DNA of 64,000 nucleotides, taken from the NCBI RefSeq assembly GCF_009914755.1, contig NC_060925.1. One strand, given 5' to 3'. This DNA comes from the human T2T-CHM13v2.0 reference genome, Homo sapiens. A program made the translations under genes and the position numbers. Each line of letters begins with the position of its first letter. Within the stretch, counting starts at the first letter, position 1. The notes under the pieces were generated by a model that saw only the letters and a program-made list of their open reading frames with translations, was not told where the DNA came from and did no database searches. Below are positions 1 through 12,571 of this stretch, in pieces.

Positions 1-339
1 ACAGAAAGAACAAGACAGAGCTCCCATGAGAAGGAAAACTCATGTCCCAGGATGTCATGGCTTCTTGCCTGGAAATAGTTCATCAACTATGACATAGCAA
101 GCTAATGTCCAAGCAGAGTACAGTGGTTGGACAGGTACCACTGTCCAGTGATTGCCCCTGAACTTAGGGGGTGCATTATTTGTAGAGAATATGATAGCCA
201 ACGGATCAGAGGCAGAAATGCAAGAACAGACTTGTTGATGTGGATGGAATGTGTGAAATAAGAAAAAAGAGGAAAGGGAGCTGTGTAGAGAAAGTAAGTC
301 TATATGGAAATTATTTGAAAAATACCATTCACCAGCATT

Positions 340-1095
340 CACTCAAGAAATTTTAAAAATCTGAATATCTATCTATAAGGAAATAAAATTCATTATCCCA
401 ACTTTCCCACAGAATAACTCCAGGCCTAGATGGTTTAACTGGCGAATTCTATCAACATATAAAAAGGAAATAGTACCAGACTTATGACAATTTTTTCAGA
501 AGCTAGGGAAAGAGGAATAGTTTCCCAGCTAATTTAGGAAGGAGCAGAATCATGATAACAAAATATGAGGGGCATTATAAGAAAAGCAAATTGAAAGCTA
601 ATGTCCTTCAAGAACATAGCTTTTGCCACAATCCTCAATCAATTATTAGGGAAATAAATCCAGCCACATAAAAAAAGGTAGTGGATAATAACCAACTAGG
701 CTTTATCCAGGAATGCCAGATTGGTTCAACATTTGAAACAACACAATTCACCACAGTAACAGAATAAAGAAAAAATTATATAAATCAAAGAGGAGAATAA
801 TATTGTTCAATAAAGTTCATAAATAGAACTACATGTATATGGTCAACTGATTTTTAACAAAAGTTCCAATGTGTTCAATACTAAAATCTTGTATTTTTCA
901 ACAATGATGCTGGAACAACTGAATTTTCATATGGAAGAAAATGAACTCTGACTCTTATCTTACAAATATGAGAAATTAATTTGAAATGAATCAGACTTAA
1001 CTTTAAAAGCAAACACTATAAGGCTTCTAGAAGAAAATATAGGAGAAAAATCTTCGTTTTAGGGTTAGAGAACTATTTCTTAGACGTAAAAATTA
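340..1095 (+). mobile_element. Old L1 (L1M) ORF2 remnant, internally deleted
   Basis: ccaggcctagatggtttaactggcgaattctatcaa (~420-455) encodes PGLDGLTGEFYQ, matching the L1 RT-proximal motif PGPDGFTGEFYQ. Later tgctggaacaactg and ctagaagaaaatataggagaaaa are ORF2 3' landmarks. Frame is disrupted. Confidence 0.8.
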
Positions 1096-1118
1096 AAATT
1101 AAAAGCAGCACTAATTAT

Positions 1119-2010
1119 CAGTGATACATCAAATGTCAAAGGTAGGGTTCTGGAAATGATTACCCCTGAACCAAGGGGTACGTTATTTGTAGAGAATTTG
1201 AAAACAATAATAAAACTGGCTAAATTTAGTCTACTTTTTATTATCACCATATAGTCAAGATTCTAATAAATATCTGTGATGAAATACTCCTCCTGGAAAA
1301 TAAAATTTTATGGTCAAACAATCACTATGATTACTTTGAGTTTTAATAATAGACATGTAAGCCTTATATTAGCAATTCTCATTATGCATTCTTTAAAGAA
1401 CATTGTATTCTATGTGGAAATTAATTCATGCAACTCCCAGTTATCCAGTCAGCCCCCAACATGCTCAGTGTGCCACACATGCTCATTTCAGGAGCAAGTT
1501 TGTTTTGCTTCAGAATTGTTGAAGCTTGCATTGGGCTAAGATCATACCACGAACCCCTTTAGTGATACGTATTCTTATGTCTAAACACTAGTTCTGAAAT
1601 TAAAAAAAAAATAATAAAGTGTATATAAGACCACAAATAACCTGAGCTAAATTCGATTTTGTCATTCCATGTGAACATTTTGGATTTTATTTGTGATTAA
1701 AATTTAAAACAGTGAAACAGATTGTGAATTGTGAAGTGTAATATTTTTGCTTTCAATTGAAAATTTTAGTTTATAAAAGAGATATATTCTGAACTTGAAT
1801 ATCTTTAAAATTAAAATTTTATTATTTTAGTTGCTAATTATTTGTACTAAAACTAATGAATCAAGAGAACGATGACTATGATTATTAATCACTATGACAG
1901 GACAATATGTTGATGTAAGTTATTTACCTTTTTTTTTTTAAAAAAAAGACTTTCCTACTTTAAGTGGTTAAAAGTATTGAGGTATTACTTTTTCCTTTTC
2001 TGCATTGTAA
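1119..2010 (+). mobile_element. MER97-like hAT-Tip100 DNA transposon fossil
   Basis: ggggtacgttatttgtagagaatttgaaaacaataataaaactgg...tttttattatcacca...aaatactcctcc...tggaaattaattc..aactcccagtta match MER97 as I recall it. The right end is approximate. Confidence 0.7.
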
Positions 2011-2489
2011 CACTTATTTTATACAAACACAAACACACACACACATACTGTATCTACTCTTGTGTGTAATTCTATGCCAAGAGAAGAGTATACTAGGATA
2101 AATAAAACAGTCTTTGCTCATAGGAAATGGAAGCTAATTTCTAATTTAAAGAAGATAGCTGGTCTTTTTGTCTTTCCTAAGGAGATGTATCATAACTTCT
2201 TTACATGCTGTGTCTACTATGGCTCACATGTGAACATATCATCTTACACTTAACCTCTTTCTTTATCCAACAAAATTCATGTTCAGAAGTTGGTTATGCA
2301 AATGAATGAGGGCTTGACAGAGGGCATAAAAACTTAGGTTTGGAGACTAACATTTTTAAAGCATGAAACAATTGTTAACTAGAAAATGCTTTTAAAATAC
2401 TTGTTCTTAATTTATTCTATCTGCAAACTTAGTATATTAGACAGGTCTTTGCCCCCACTCATATCCTTTTGGCAAAGATTTTTATTCCA

Positions 2490-2890
2490 GCAGATACCGT
2501 GACAACCAGTTGTGCATATGGGCATCCAAACAGCACCTCAGTTATTCTGAAAGTTGAGTAAATCTGCAAATGAGAGGAAGTAAACATCTCATTGGTCAGC
2601 ACTTTACCAAGGACAGGACCTGGTATCACTCACATCCCTTTGGATAGGCAATTTCTAGGCATCTCTACTCAGCTTCTCTGAGGGTCTCCAGTGAGAATTG
2701 GACTCCAGATGTCTCTGATAGTGAACAACTAGCACAACAACTTAGAACAATATTCTCTTCCATTGATTCTTACCCTTCCCTAGTTCCTAGCCCTTCACGC
2801 ATGTGCTTCTGATAACTTCTCAAAATAAATAACCTACATACAAGTTCTTTGCTAAGGCTCTACTTGTTTGGTAGACCCAGGCTCAAATAT
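2490..2890 (+). mobile_element. ERVL solo LTR, LTR16-like
   Basis: 3' end aataaataacctacatacaagttctttgctaaggctctacttg...acccaggctcaaata resembles the LTR16 terminus with its polyA signal. Confidence 0.6.
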
Positions 2891-3601
2891 CTAATAAAGG
2901 TATTTTTATGTGTCTTCTTAGTTTACAGGCTCTGGATCAAGCTGTTCTCTGCATTTATGCAATATACTTTTGTCTAGTTCAAAAAGACCATCTTTTTTAT
3001 GTCACCTGCCGACCAAACATTGACAATACATGTTTGTCTCCGTGTATGTGTGTGTATACCCACGCTTGCTTTAAAACATTTGCATTTGTTACACTGGCAT
3101 TGAAGACCCTCTATATTTTGGTCCTATTTACCTACCCAACTCCACTGGCTATTTTCCACTAATACAAGCAGTTTATGAAATTCAAACTTTTTTCATTACT
3201 CTCCTTTCTCAAATCTAAAACTTGTTATCCTCCAAAATATTTTCAACTCCATGTTTTCATTCTATTCAGCACCTGTTTCACAGTATTTAACTGTACACAA
3301 AGGCTTATACTTATTATTATTGCATTTTATTATTTGCAGAACAAGTAAAATACTTCACAAATAAGTAAGAATTTTCCTAGGTGTCAAAGAATGAGGTGGA
3401 CAGGAGACAAAGTTATTCTATGCAGAAGAATCTGCTTACACAAGGACACAAAGAAAAGAACAAAAAAGGTGTATTTGGAGAATGTCAGTTTTATTAACAT
3501 GTTTAAGGAGTGAAGATCCAATAAGAGCTTAGGGAAATAAAATTTAAACGTTTTTACTGTGACCCATGTTAAGAAATACATTATGCTTTGCAATCCATTA
3601 C

Positions 3602-3732
3602 TAGGGTAAACATGTATTTTATCATCCAACCTGGGACATTGCTAAATGTGAAAAGAACAGCTAGAGACAACTGGGGGAAAACAGGTATAAATAAAACTTG
3701 TCCTGGGCAAACTTGAATGCATGTTTATCCTA
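3602..3732 (+). mobile_element. MER81 (hAT-Blackjack) MITE
   Basis: Terminal inverted repeats tagggtaaaca...tgtttatccta. Internal atcatccaacctgggaca and tgtcctgggcaaac match MER81. Confidence 0.7.
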
Positions 3733-6363
3733 ATCGGTGCATGCATAAATGTACTTGGCTGTACAGTGAATGATTCACACTGCAATTTCTCTTTTTCTCT
3801 ATTTCATATTTTCAAGAATGCTGTTGTGACCTATTTGTTGATGTCACTCACTAAGGGCTAAAAAAAAAAATACTAGCTGAGAGAGAGACAAAGTCCAAAT
3901 AAATGCAGGACTTGACGGCCCCTACATTTATTCCCCAGCAAACATTATACACATAGAAGTAGGTGATGGGAGCTTTTGAAGGAGTGTAAGCCCTGGAGAA
4001 ACCTGTGTCCATTACATGTTAGAGAGGCTGCTCTTGCAGGAGTCTGGAGGGGTCTTTGAAGTTGACAAAAACGGGTTGTCACTGAGCATAATTTTTCACC
4101 TTAATTCTCACTCTTTTTAGGCAATTAAGCAGATCACTTAAGGGAGATAATTTATTTGGCTCAGTCTAGACAAACTAGAATTTTATATAAACTTACATTT
4201 TAAGATATATATAAGAAAAATACTTACAAAGCTTAACTAAATGTTTCTAAAATTTCTCACCAATAGTCTATTTTCTTCACTCAGTAGTGTTAACTGAAAA
4301 TGCATATTTCTTGGTTTCATCAGATTACTTCAAGTATAAAATTTCTGAGGTTTCCTTTATACAGGTTTCCTTTATATCCAACTTTCTTCAGCTTCCAAAC
4401 TCAGTTTAGGTTTGTGTTATGAAGTCTCCATTTTTTTTCCCATATAAACCAGAACTCGAGAAGAAAGCATCAGGAATATAGTTTGTGAAATTATGTTCCA
4501 TTTGTTCCAAGGGAAAATGATAAAGCTTGACTTAAAAGCTTTAAACTTCATTTGGAGAACCAAGGCAATTGCAACTCAAGTGCAAAGCTGTACATACAAA
4601 TGCTCTCAATTATATGACCCATTTCATGATTTCTATGGAAAACCTGGAAAGAGACAAGTGTCAGCTAAATTCTAAGAAATCTTTGTGACTGTGATTTCTC
4701 AGATCTAAACCTTACAAAGCAAGATGTAAATGCAATAATTCCTGAGAAAATAATTCAAGACCATGCTTGATTGACAATGATTCAATAGTATCATACATGT
4801 CTTAGTTTATTACAGAACCTCTAACAACCAATGGGTCTTGCCACTGTTTGCACATTTTTGTTCATCATAGAATTTCTCTGACTCATTATTTTCTTAACAC
4901 TGTGTAATTTTGGTTAGCAATTACAGCCAACAGTACTATAAGATACAGCTTATCAGCAAAATAAAAAACAATCAAACAAACAAAATCTTAGAGCCCATGT
5001 AGCAATTAACATTTGGCTGGAAAATAAGTGCTAGATTTTGATCATAGAGAGAACAATTTACTTGGTTGTATTTTTTTAGTTGGCTTATGGGGAGAGTGTT
5101 TTATTAGAGTCCATTATATTACTAAAACTTATTTTAATGGATTTGAATATGATTTTAAATAAATAACTTTTGTTTATACGTACATGTTTTCAAAAGACTG
5201 GAAGAGTTTTAAGGGTAACCTGCTTGTAATAGTTTAAGTTGTAGCACCACTTCACAATTCAGAATTAGAAGTGAAAAATTACATTTATGTTACCGTCAGT
5301 TTAACCCTAAAATAATTAGAATGGAGAAAAAAGAAAGAGCATATATAATAAATCAGAAAACATTTCCAACCTTAAAGCCATGATCTAGGAAGATGAAATG
5401 GACAGAATGGAACAAGATGATCCATAAACTACTGCAGAGAGGAACATTAACGAAAAGCAAGCATTGTATCTCTGGAAGTCTCAAGAACAATTAGACCATT
5501 AGTACCTTTCCCAGCTCACCTCCCAGAATATTAGCACCCAGACTGGTAGTCCAAAAAGATAAGACCGAACAAATCTTTGGAGCACAGGAATAGTCCCCAA
5601 AAATGGAGCCAGAGATCTTGACATTTAGGAGCCACCCTCACAAAACCAGCCTACCACTCAACAAACACAGCTGAGGAACACAGATTTTCTAGCTTTTAAA
5701 ATAACTTCATTATAAGGTGAATCTGCAAATCACTAGGCTTTTGAAGCATGCCCCCAACATAAATAAGCAAATACAAAAAGAAAAAAGAATAAAAGCAAAA
5801 GAAGATGAAGGAGATTTAAGAGAACATGTAAAAATTCAAGAAAAGTGTGAAAGAACTGTAATTAATAAAGTAACATATAATAGGCAGAAACACGGTGGTT
5901 GAAGCAATTGGCCCTGGCAGTGAAGAATATTTTATAGTTGACTTTGTTTAGAATTTACTGATGCATGGTGATGATAAAAATGAAAACTGATATTTGGTCA
6001 ACTCTAGTATTATTCTAAAACGTTTTTTATTCTAAAACGTTCTACAATAAACCCCTTATTATCTGTACCCAAAAGAGATTGCTCCTACCAACCATCCCTT
6101 AATGTGCTGCTAAGTTAATATCCTCAAAGCAATGAGAGAAGCATTTGTACTCAGTCCAGATTGGAGTAGGTGCATTAAGCACTTCTGAATGACAGTTTTT
6201 GAACAAAATCTGGTCCACTAACTGTTATTAAAGATATGGAACAACTTAGTAACACTTCAAGAGAAAACAATGAAATTGAAAAAATTAGATAATTATTAAA
6301 TACAACAAACTAAAAAGTACACAAAAGGGAATTGTGGTATATTATTGGTGTTAGAAGAGAATG

Positions 6364-6399
6364 GTACTAGTATTCTCTACTAGTAGAGAATACTAGTAC
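6364..6399. repeat. Perfect 36-bp palindrome with no spacer
   Basis: gtactagtattctctact|agtagagaatactagtac; the second half is the exact reverse complement of the first. Confidence 0.95.
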
Positions 6400-6415
6400 T
6401 ACTATTCTCTACTAG

Positions 6416-6545
6416 CCACTGGGTGCAGTGGCTTACAACTTAATCCCAACACTTTGGGAGGGGGAGGGGAATCACTTGAGCCCAGGAATTCTAGACCAAC
6501 CTGGGCAACATAGCAAAACCATGTTTCTATTTTTAAAAAATAAAA
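6416..6545 (+). mobile_element. Alu left monomer (FLAM/AluJ-type)
   Basis: ctgggtgcagtggctta...atcccaacactttgggag...gagcccaggaattc..accaacctgggcaacatagc, followed by an A-rich tail. Confidence 0.85.
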
Positions 6546-9105
6546 TGGAATAATATTACATAGTAAAAATAATGGCAATATAGAATACGGATAAGAACAT
6601 AATGTAATCTTACAGTTATAGGAAGTGCATGCATGGTGTCAAAAATTAATATATCAAAAAGCAACAATCATATATTTCATAAACATGGAGGTATAGTTGA
6701 ACAAATATCCCAAAGAAAGTGGTTGTACCTGGGGATTGGAATGATTGGGACTCAGAGAGTAGGGGTAACTACTTTTTATTATGGGCTTTTTGGGCATAAA
6801 TTAAATGCATATATTACTTTGATTAAACTCAAAAAGTGAAGATTATATGGATTTAATTAGAACAAAGCTATAATAATGACATAAAACATTTCCTGTAACT
6901 CTATAGGCTGTCAGACAATGCAGAAGTTAAAAAAGTCACATTTGGCACGTTTATTTCACACTACATTATTCTATTTTATAAAATTTAAAAAATTCTGTAA
7001 TTCTGAAAAACATTTGTTATCGGAATGAAAGATAACATAACTAGTCTTAGATGTAGAATTCTTTCATAAATTAGAAAAAGACCACCTTTATCTTTAATTA
7101 ATAAATTTTAAAAGTTATGTTTAATTTAAACTTAAGATTTTTATATAGTATACTCTTTGATAATACATAATTTGGAAGCAGATTTTTTAATTTTAAAAAA
7201 TAAATGTGTAAAATAAGTATGCATTTTTAAAAATCAAAGACTTAACTAGGATTTTATTGTAGAGATGGTATGATCTTTCTGGCTATATATACTTGGAATT
7301 GGGCTGGGTCCTAATTGATACATAGGAAACCAAATAACCTAGAGAAAACAATACCCATGAATGATTAGCAAATTTCTTAGATATAAAGGAAATGATTTAA
7401 CTTCAAGAGACTAGAATAAATGAAAACATATTCAAAATTGAAAACGTTAATGGAAGGTAAGTTTGGTTTGCATTTGTGCATTTTATTTTGCAGACTAGAA
7501 CAGACATAAACTTCTAATTCTGTTAACATTGTAGCAGTTCATGGCAGTACAGGGGAAGACTTTTAGAAAAGAAAAAGATACTGGAGGAAAGGATTGATCT
7601 TTTCTGACAGCATGTAACACTTTTTACAGGGTAAACAATAATGCTTAGATTCTTTTCCTTTAGCAGCAAAAAGGCTCTGCTCTCAGTATTTAACAGCAGA
7701 ATGAACAAAACTTGCTTTATAAAACAAACAAATCCATAGTCTATTTCTGTTTGTTGGTTTTACTATGGTGAATTCCACACAAAAGGGGATTCCTTCCTAC
7801 TGCTTTAACATAACACATTTCCGTGATTATGAAGTGTAAAAGTGCTAGCCATTTTAGGTCCAAATATTGAGGCTCATTATTGTGGTGAGTTTGAATGTTG
7901 GCTTATATGAGATTTTCTTCTTCCCTATGCAAATGAAGTGGCAAAATGTTGCTTTTAAGTCGAGATCAGGTAAACTGAGTCTAGATGCATCTAATTCATC
8001 TAACTAAATCTAATTAAACTTAATTAAATCTAAGAACCCACTAGATGATGGTAAATCAGTTTTGTAATATCTAGCAATTGCTTTAAAAATTTTTTTTTCT
8101 CTCTAAAAACACAGTATTTGCTGGCTCCTCTATTGCTGGATATGTCAGCTATTTACAGAAGACTTTCAGATGAGATCTTGCAGAAAGGATCCCAAAAGGC
8201 ATTCATTAGGAGAGAGTTAATTATTTGGTTTTACTGTGAAATGGAGAGTTAATTTCTGTCTATCATGGCACCACAATAGTTTTAAGGTCATGAATCATTT
8301 TGCGATCATCCCTCACATATTTTCCTCTCAGATGTATACGCTTCCTATTTCATATCCATTGCTCAGATTAGCTCTTCCTTTTGAATTTATTACAATAGAC
8401 ACATTGGGGTTGACTAGTACTTGCTCTATCCTTTCTTGTTAAGAACCCTGTCATCCTGGTCCAACAGCTTTGTATATGATTCAAATATTGCTTTTCACAG
8501 AAGCAACTTTTAACATGCAATGCGAACATCCTCATTATGGGAGAGATGAGAACAAATAACAGCATGATATGGCTGTCTTCTGAACTGTGCACTTATTGAC
8601 CTATTTACCAATTATAGCTTTCTCATTTTAACATTGTGCATTATGGATATTCATCAAGGACAGTAGATAACTCCTATGAAAGTAGAGTCCATATTAGTAT
8701 GAAATGGAGGTTATATTATTTCCTATAAAATTTACTAAAAGGCAAGCATTAAGAATACAGATACAAGCATATAAGATTGAAAGTCTGAGTTAATTCATAA
8801 CTATTTCAATGATGCTGTGGTGGACTTGATAGGCTAGTTAGCATTTCAGCATGCATTCAATGCACATTAATAGGGCTATTAATATTATATCCTTATGTTG
8901 CTGTTATAAAATGAGAGTCCTTTTTAAAAAAAATTTTCGCACGGTTAACTGACTAGGACTCCAAAAATATCATAAATATTTTGGAGCAATGTTATAAGAG
9001 TTATTTGCCCCTAGCACGTTCTAGTTTAGCAACATGAGTGTTAAGGAAACCATGTCAATCCAGTGTCACATCTTTGCCATTTCAAATAAGACAAGTGCAA
9101 ATAGT

Positions 9106-9143
9106 TGTGTGTGTGTGTGTGTGTGTATGTGTGTGTGTATGTG
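9106..9143 (+). repeat. (TG)n microsatellite, interrupted
   Basis: Read directly from the sequence. Confidence 0.95.
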
Positions 9144-10198
9144 ACAAGTTGGATTAAATGTACTTCGTATAATTAAGTTCAGTGAAGTCAGCAGATAATA
9201 TCAAAAAGGATTAGAAACAAGCCCCTTATCCTCAAAATGTAAAATTTTATTCATAGGAGCCAATTTTAATTTAATTATCTTTTTTTGAAAAGTGCCGAAA
9301 ATACCTTAAACTAGGGCAGGATTTTTTTTATTACTTTAAAGATATCTTGATTGATACTTTCATCCTTATTTTTTATTCTTTTTGGAGGTATAAATTAAAT
9401 GGAAATAATATGGAATATATATTAGATCTGACCAATGTGTCTCAATGATAGAAAAATATGGACAATTCACTATTTTATGATGAATATAAAAAAATTCCAG
9501 AAATAAAAGTTAGCTTTACAAATCTGTTGACTGAATTATTAATAATCCTAGGCAAAAAAAAACACCATCAAGAAAAAATAAACCTTTGATTTTTGCTTAG
9601 AAAAGTTAGTAGTCATTGAAAAAGTAGGTCAGTGAAATAACTGGATTACTCAAATTAATCAGAACTGACAGGTAGACTACTAGAAGTCTACAGGCTACAG
9701 AGTTTTGGTTTGAATGTTTTTGTAAATCTGGCATTTCTTAGGAGACAGATGAAAATTAATAAGATTATGCTAATTTATAGCATAAAGTAAAATGTTTTAT
9801 AGCACTAATACCATCGAAGACTTTACTGAGCACTGAAAAGTAAATGTAATAATTCTAATTGTAAATTTATTTTATGTTTTTCAAAATCAGAAATCATCCA
9901 AAACTCAGTTACACTGATGCAATTATTTGTACATGCAAATATAATTAGGATGAATATTTTATGCTTAACTTCAAAACGATGGTAAAATTTCCAATACCAC
10001 ATTGTATTTTTAAGTTCATGCAGTAAGAGTCATCTAAATGATGTAAAGAAAATAGGGGTAAGCAAGTGTAAACATAATGTTTTTGCTTTTTAAAATAGTT
10101 CTGGGTAGATTTAAAAATTATGTATGTTTATACTTTACAAATTTAACAGATTAATAAAAGTCCAAAATTTGGAAAAGAGTGATAATGGATTTACTTAC

Positions 10199-10342
10199 GC
10201 AGGCCACGTTTTTAAATTTTGTATTATTCCGAGATGGCTTCTTATGCTACTTGATGTATCACTAGACTAAATATTCTTTGGGTTTTAAATTGATGGTAAA
10301 TGTGTTGGCCCCCAGTTGAAGATTCCATGTGAAATATGCTGT
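10199..10342 (-). other. Candidate non-coding internal exon (144 nt)
   Basis: On the minus strand the acceptor is gcgttttcttgcAG and the donor is tgc|GTAAGTaa. Non-repeat sequence with stops in all three frames. Confidence 0.4.
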
Positions 10343-11544
10343 CTGCAAGAAAACGCATCACTCTAAAGTGTATTTTAAAACTATTAGTAAAGGCACTTTC
10401 CACCCTGATAATTTGCATAGAACACAGTGAAGCAAAGAAACATGCGATGCCTTCCAGCTAGATGCTAATAAGGCCACAGGAAAAAAAAAAAAGAGCATTT
10501 CAAATATGTCTGCATAGCACCCCCATGTCTTTCTCTAAAGTAGGCTGAAGACTCCTCATTGCTTATACTGCAAAAATTTAGAACACTTTCAAATAAAATA
10601 CATCTTCACCACTTTTTTAAAGGAAATTATTACGTGTTACTCTTAACTGATCTATTTTTAGGAGCCAAAAGCAGCAGGGTATGTCAGAAAGGGCTGCTTC
10701 ATGAATTATGTATTTGTCCTTTTTCCACTTGGCTACATTCGTTTTATTTTATGAATCCTTGAAATCCTGAGAATGGTAAGTTTTAGGCTGAAATTTTCAA
10801 AATTTCCTAGCCATATGCTTACTTATCCAGCTACATCTTTCTACGAGGCACTTGCTCCTCAGAGAAACCAGCTCCAGGACCTTTCTTCATGAAATATAAA
10901 AGTGATTCATTTTTTTTTAAACGAAGGCTGCGTATCACTTGAATTGTTTTCATTTGCATCATAAGGTTTTTAATTACTACTGTCATTGTTTTCACTTCCC
11001 TAAACTTGTAGTTAAAGATTCAAAGTGTATTCACCTCTCAAGGCTTAAATTCTATTAGATGGTGCATATTTTGTTATTGGCTTACTGTTTTACCAGAAAA
11101 TCACAACAAACTATTGCAAATAAGTAAGTTGAATGTAAACTGGTTGTATAAATTTTACAATTTCCATTAGTTAAATATGGTAGCAACAAAATTATAAAAC
11201 CTATATGAACAATATTCTTCCATAAAGCTTTGTGTAAGAAAAATATTTCTAACAGCTGTGACTAAAACTCTAGAAATAAGATCATTATTGCTGACCTTGA
11301 GCTGAATATTAAACATAAAAATATTGATTTGCTCCTCATCCTCATAAGAACATTTGCTTCGGACATAAATAGGAGGGTCTGGCTCACTGAAAGAAGCTCT
11401 CCCACTGCCCCCTGCATCCTTTTGTCTTTATCTAATTCCATCATCTCAGATACCAAAGATTCCCTCTCACAATGGTTTGCAGTTGCTTGTTATGCATGAC
11501 CTTCTGTATTTTGCCTGTTCCTTTCGTTGCCCCTGGAAAAACTG

Positions 11545-11645
11545 AAGAGGAAAAAAAGAAGAAGAAAGAAGAAAGGAGAAGGAGAAAGGAGGAGAAGGAG
11601 GAAGGGGAGGAAGAGGGAGAGGGAGAGGGAAAGGCGGAGGAGGAG
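11545..11645 (+). repeat. ~100-bp polypurine (GA-rich) tract containing a G-quadruplex motif at 11604-11629
   Basis: Almost pure A/G. GGGG-aggaaga-GGG-aga-GGG-aga-GGG fits the canonical G4 pattern. Confidence 0.9.
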
Positions 11646-12434
11646 TAATAGCTGTACTACTGCCTTTCCCAAAGTCGGTTCACGCTTGATGCTCTCACTG
11701 AAGCAGGTCAAAGAAGGTGAAACTCCTTCCTTTTCAATAGACTGCATTTTTAAAGTTAGAATTCCACATTGTACTTAAATAATATAGAAAATGTAATTTT
11801 CAGCCTTTAAACCACAATTCCAGACCACAAACAAATTTTGAAGAGCGAATTTAAATTTCTTATGAACTATTTTTATGATATTAGTATAAAGTTAATGTGG
11901 TGATATAACCTTTTGCAATCATCTTCTTGGAGATCAGGGCTTATTTTCCTTGATAATTTATTTAAGTTTGAGAATATTAGAAACAACATCACCAAAAATA
12001 AAAGTGGGTTACTTAAAGATTTTTTTCTTGCAAATGACTCTTATGTCAAGTCACTTGATTTGCAACAAATAATAATTAAATTTTCATTCGAATAATTTTT
12101 TGGAAGAGCTTTCCTATAAGTGTAAAATTTGTACTCAATGTTTTCCTTTATTCAAAATGTCAGAACTTTAATTTCTGGTGATGTTAAAATACAGCAATAA
12201 TATGGCAAAACATATTAAATGTGAGCAAAAGTGAATGATGTGAAAGGACCAGAGTGTATAAGGAGAAAATTTAGGTATTTATGTACTCTATAATTTTAAA
12301 ATTATCATTGGAGAAAATGAACTTATCACTATGCACATTTACTTCATCTGCAACTATTGTTTATTGCTTTAAGGAATTATTCAAAGTATCTCTCTATTCT
12401 AAACCCTTTACAGTTCTTTATAAGTTAGCATACA

Positions 12435-12571
12435 TTTTCTTTTTTTTTTTTTGTAGAGACAGGGACTGGCTTTTTTGCCCAGGCTGGTCTCAAACTCCTG
12501 GGCCCAAGCAATCCCCCTGTTTCAGCCTCCCAGAGTACTGGGATTACAGACATGACGTAGTACACCCAGCC
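12435..12571 (-). mobile_element. Alu left monomer (FLAM_C/AluJ-type)
   Basis: T-tract then gtagagacaggg...cccaggctggtctcaaactcctggg...ctgggattacag...cccagcc. Confidence 0.85.

Noticed and set aside
7457-7493. GTAAGT...ttttgcAG mini-intron
   Set aside because: 37 nt is below the practical minimum for human spliceosomal introns and no reading frame spans it. The two sites could only act independently.
11490-11778. Lys/Arg/Glu-rich and Leu/Phe-rich ORFs resembling an NLS or signal peptide
   Set aside because: These are simply translations of the GA low-complexity tract on the two strands.
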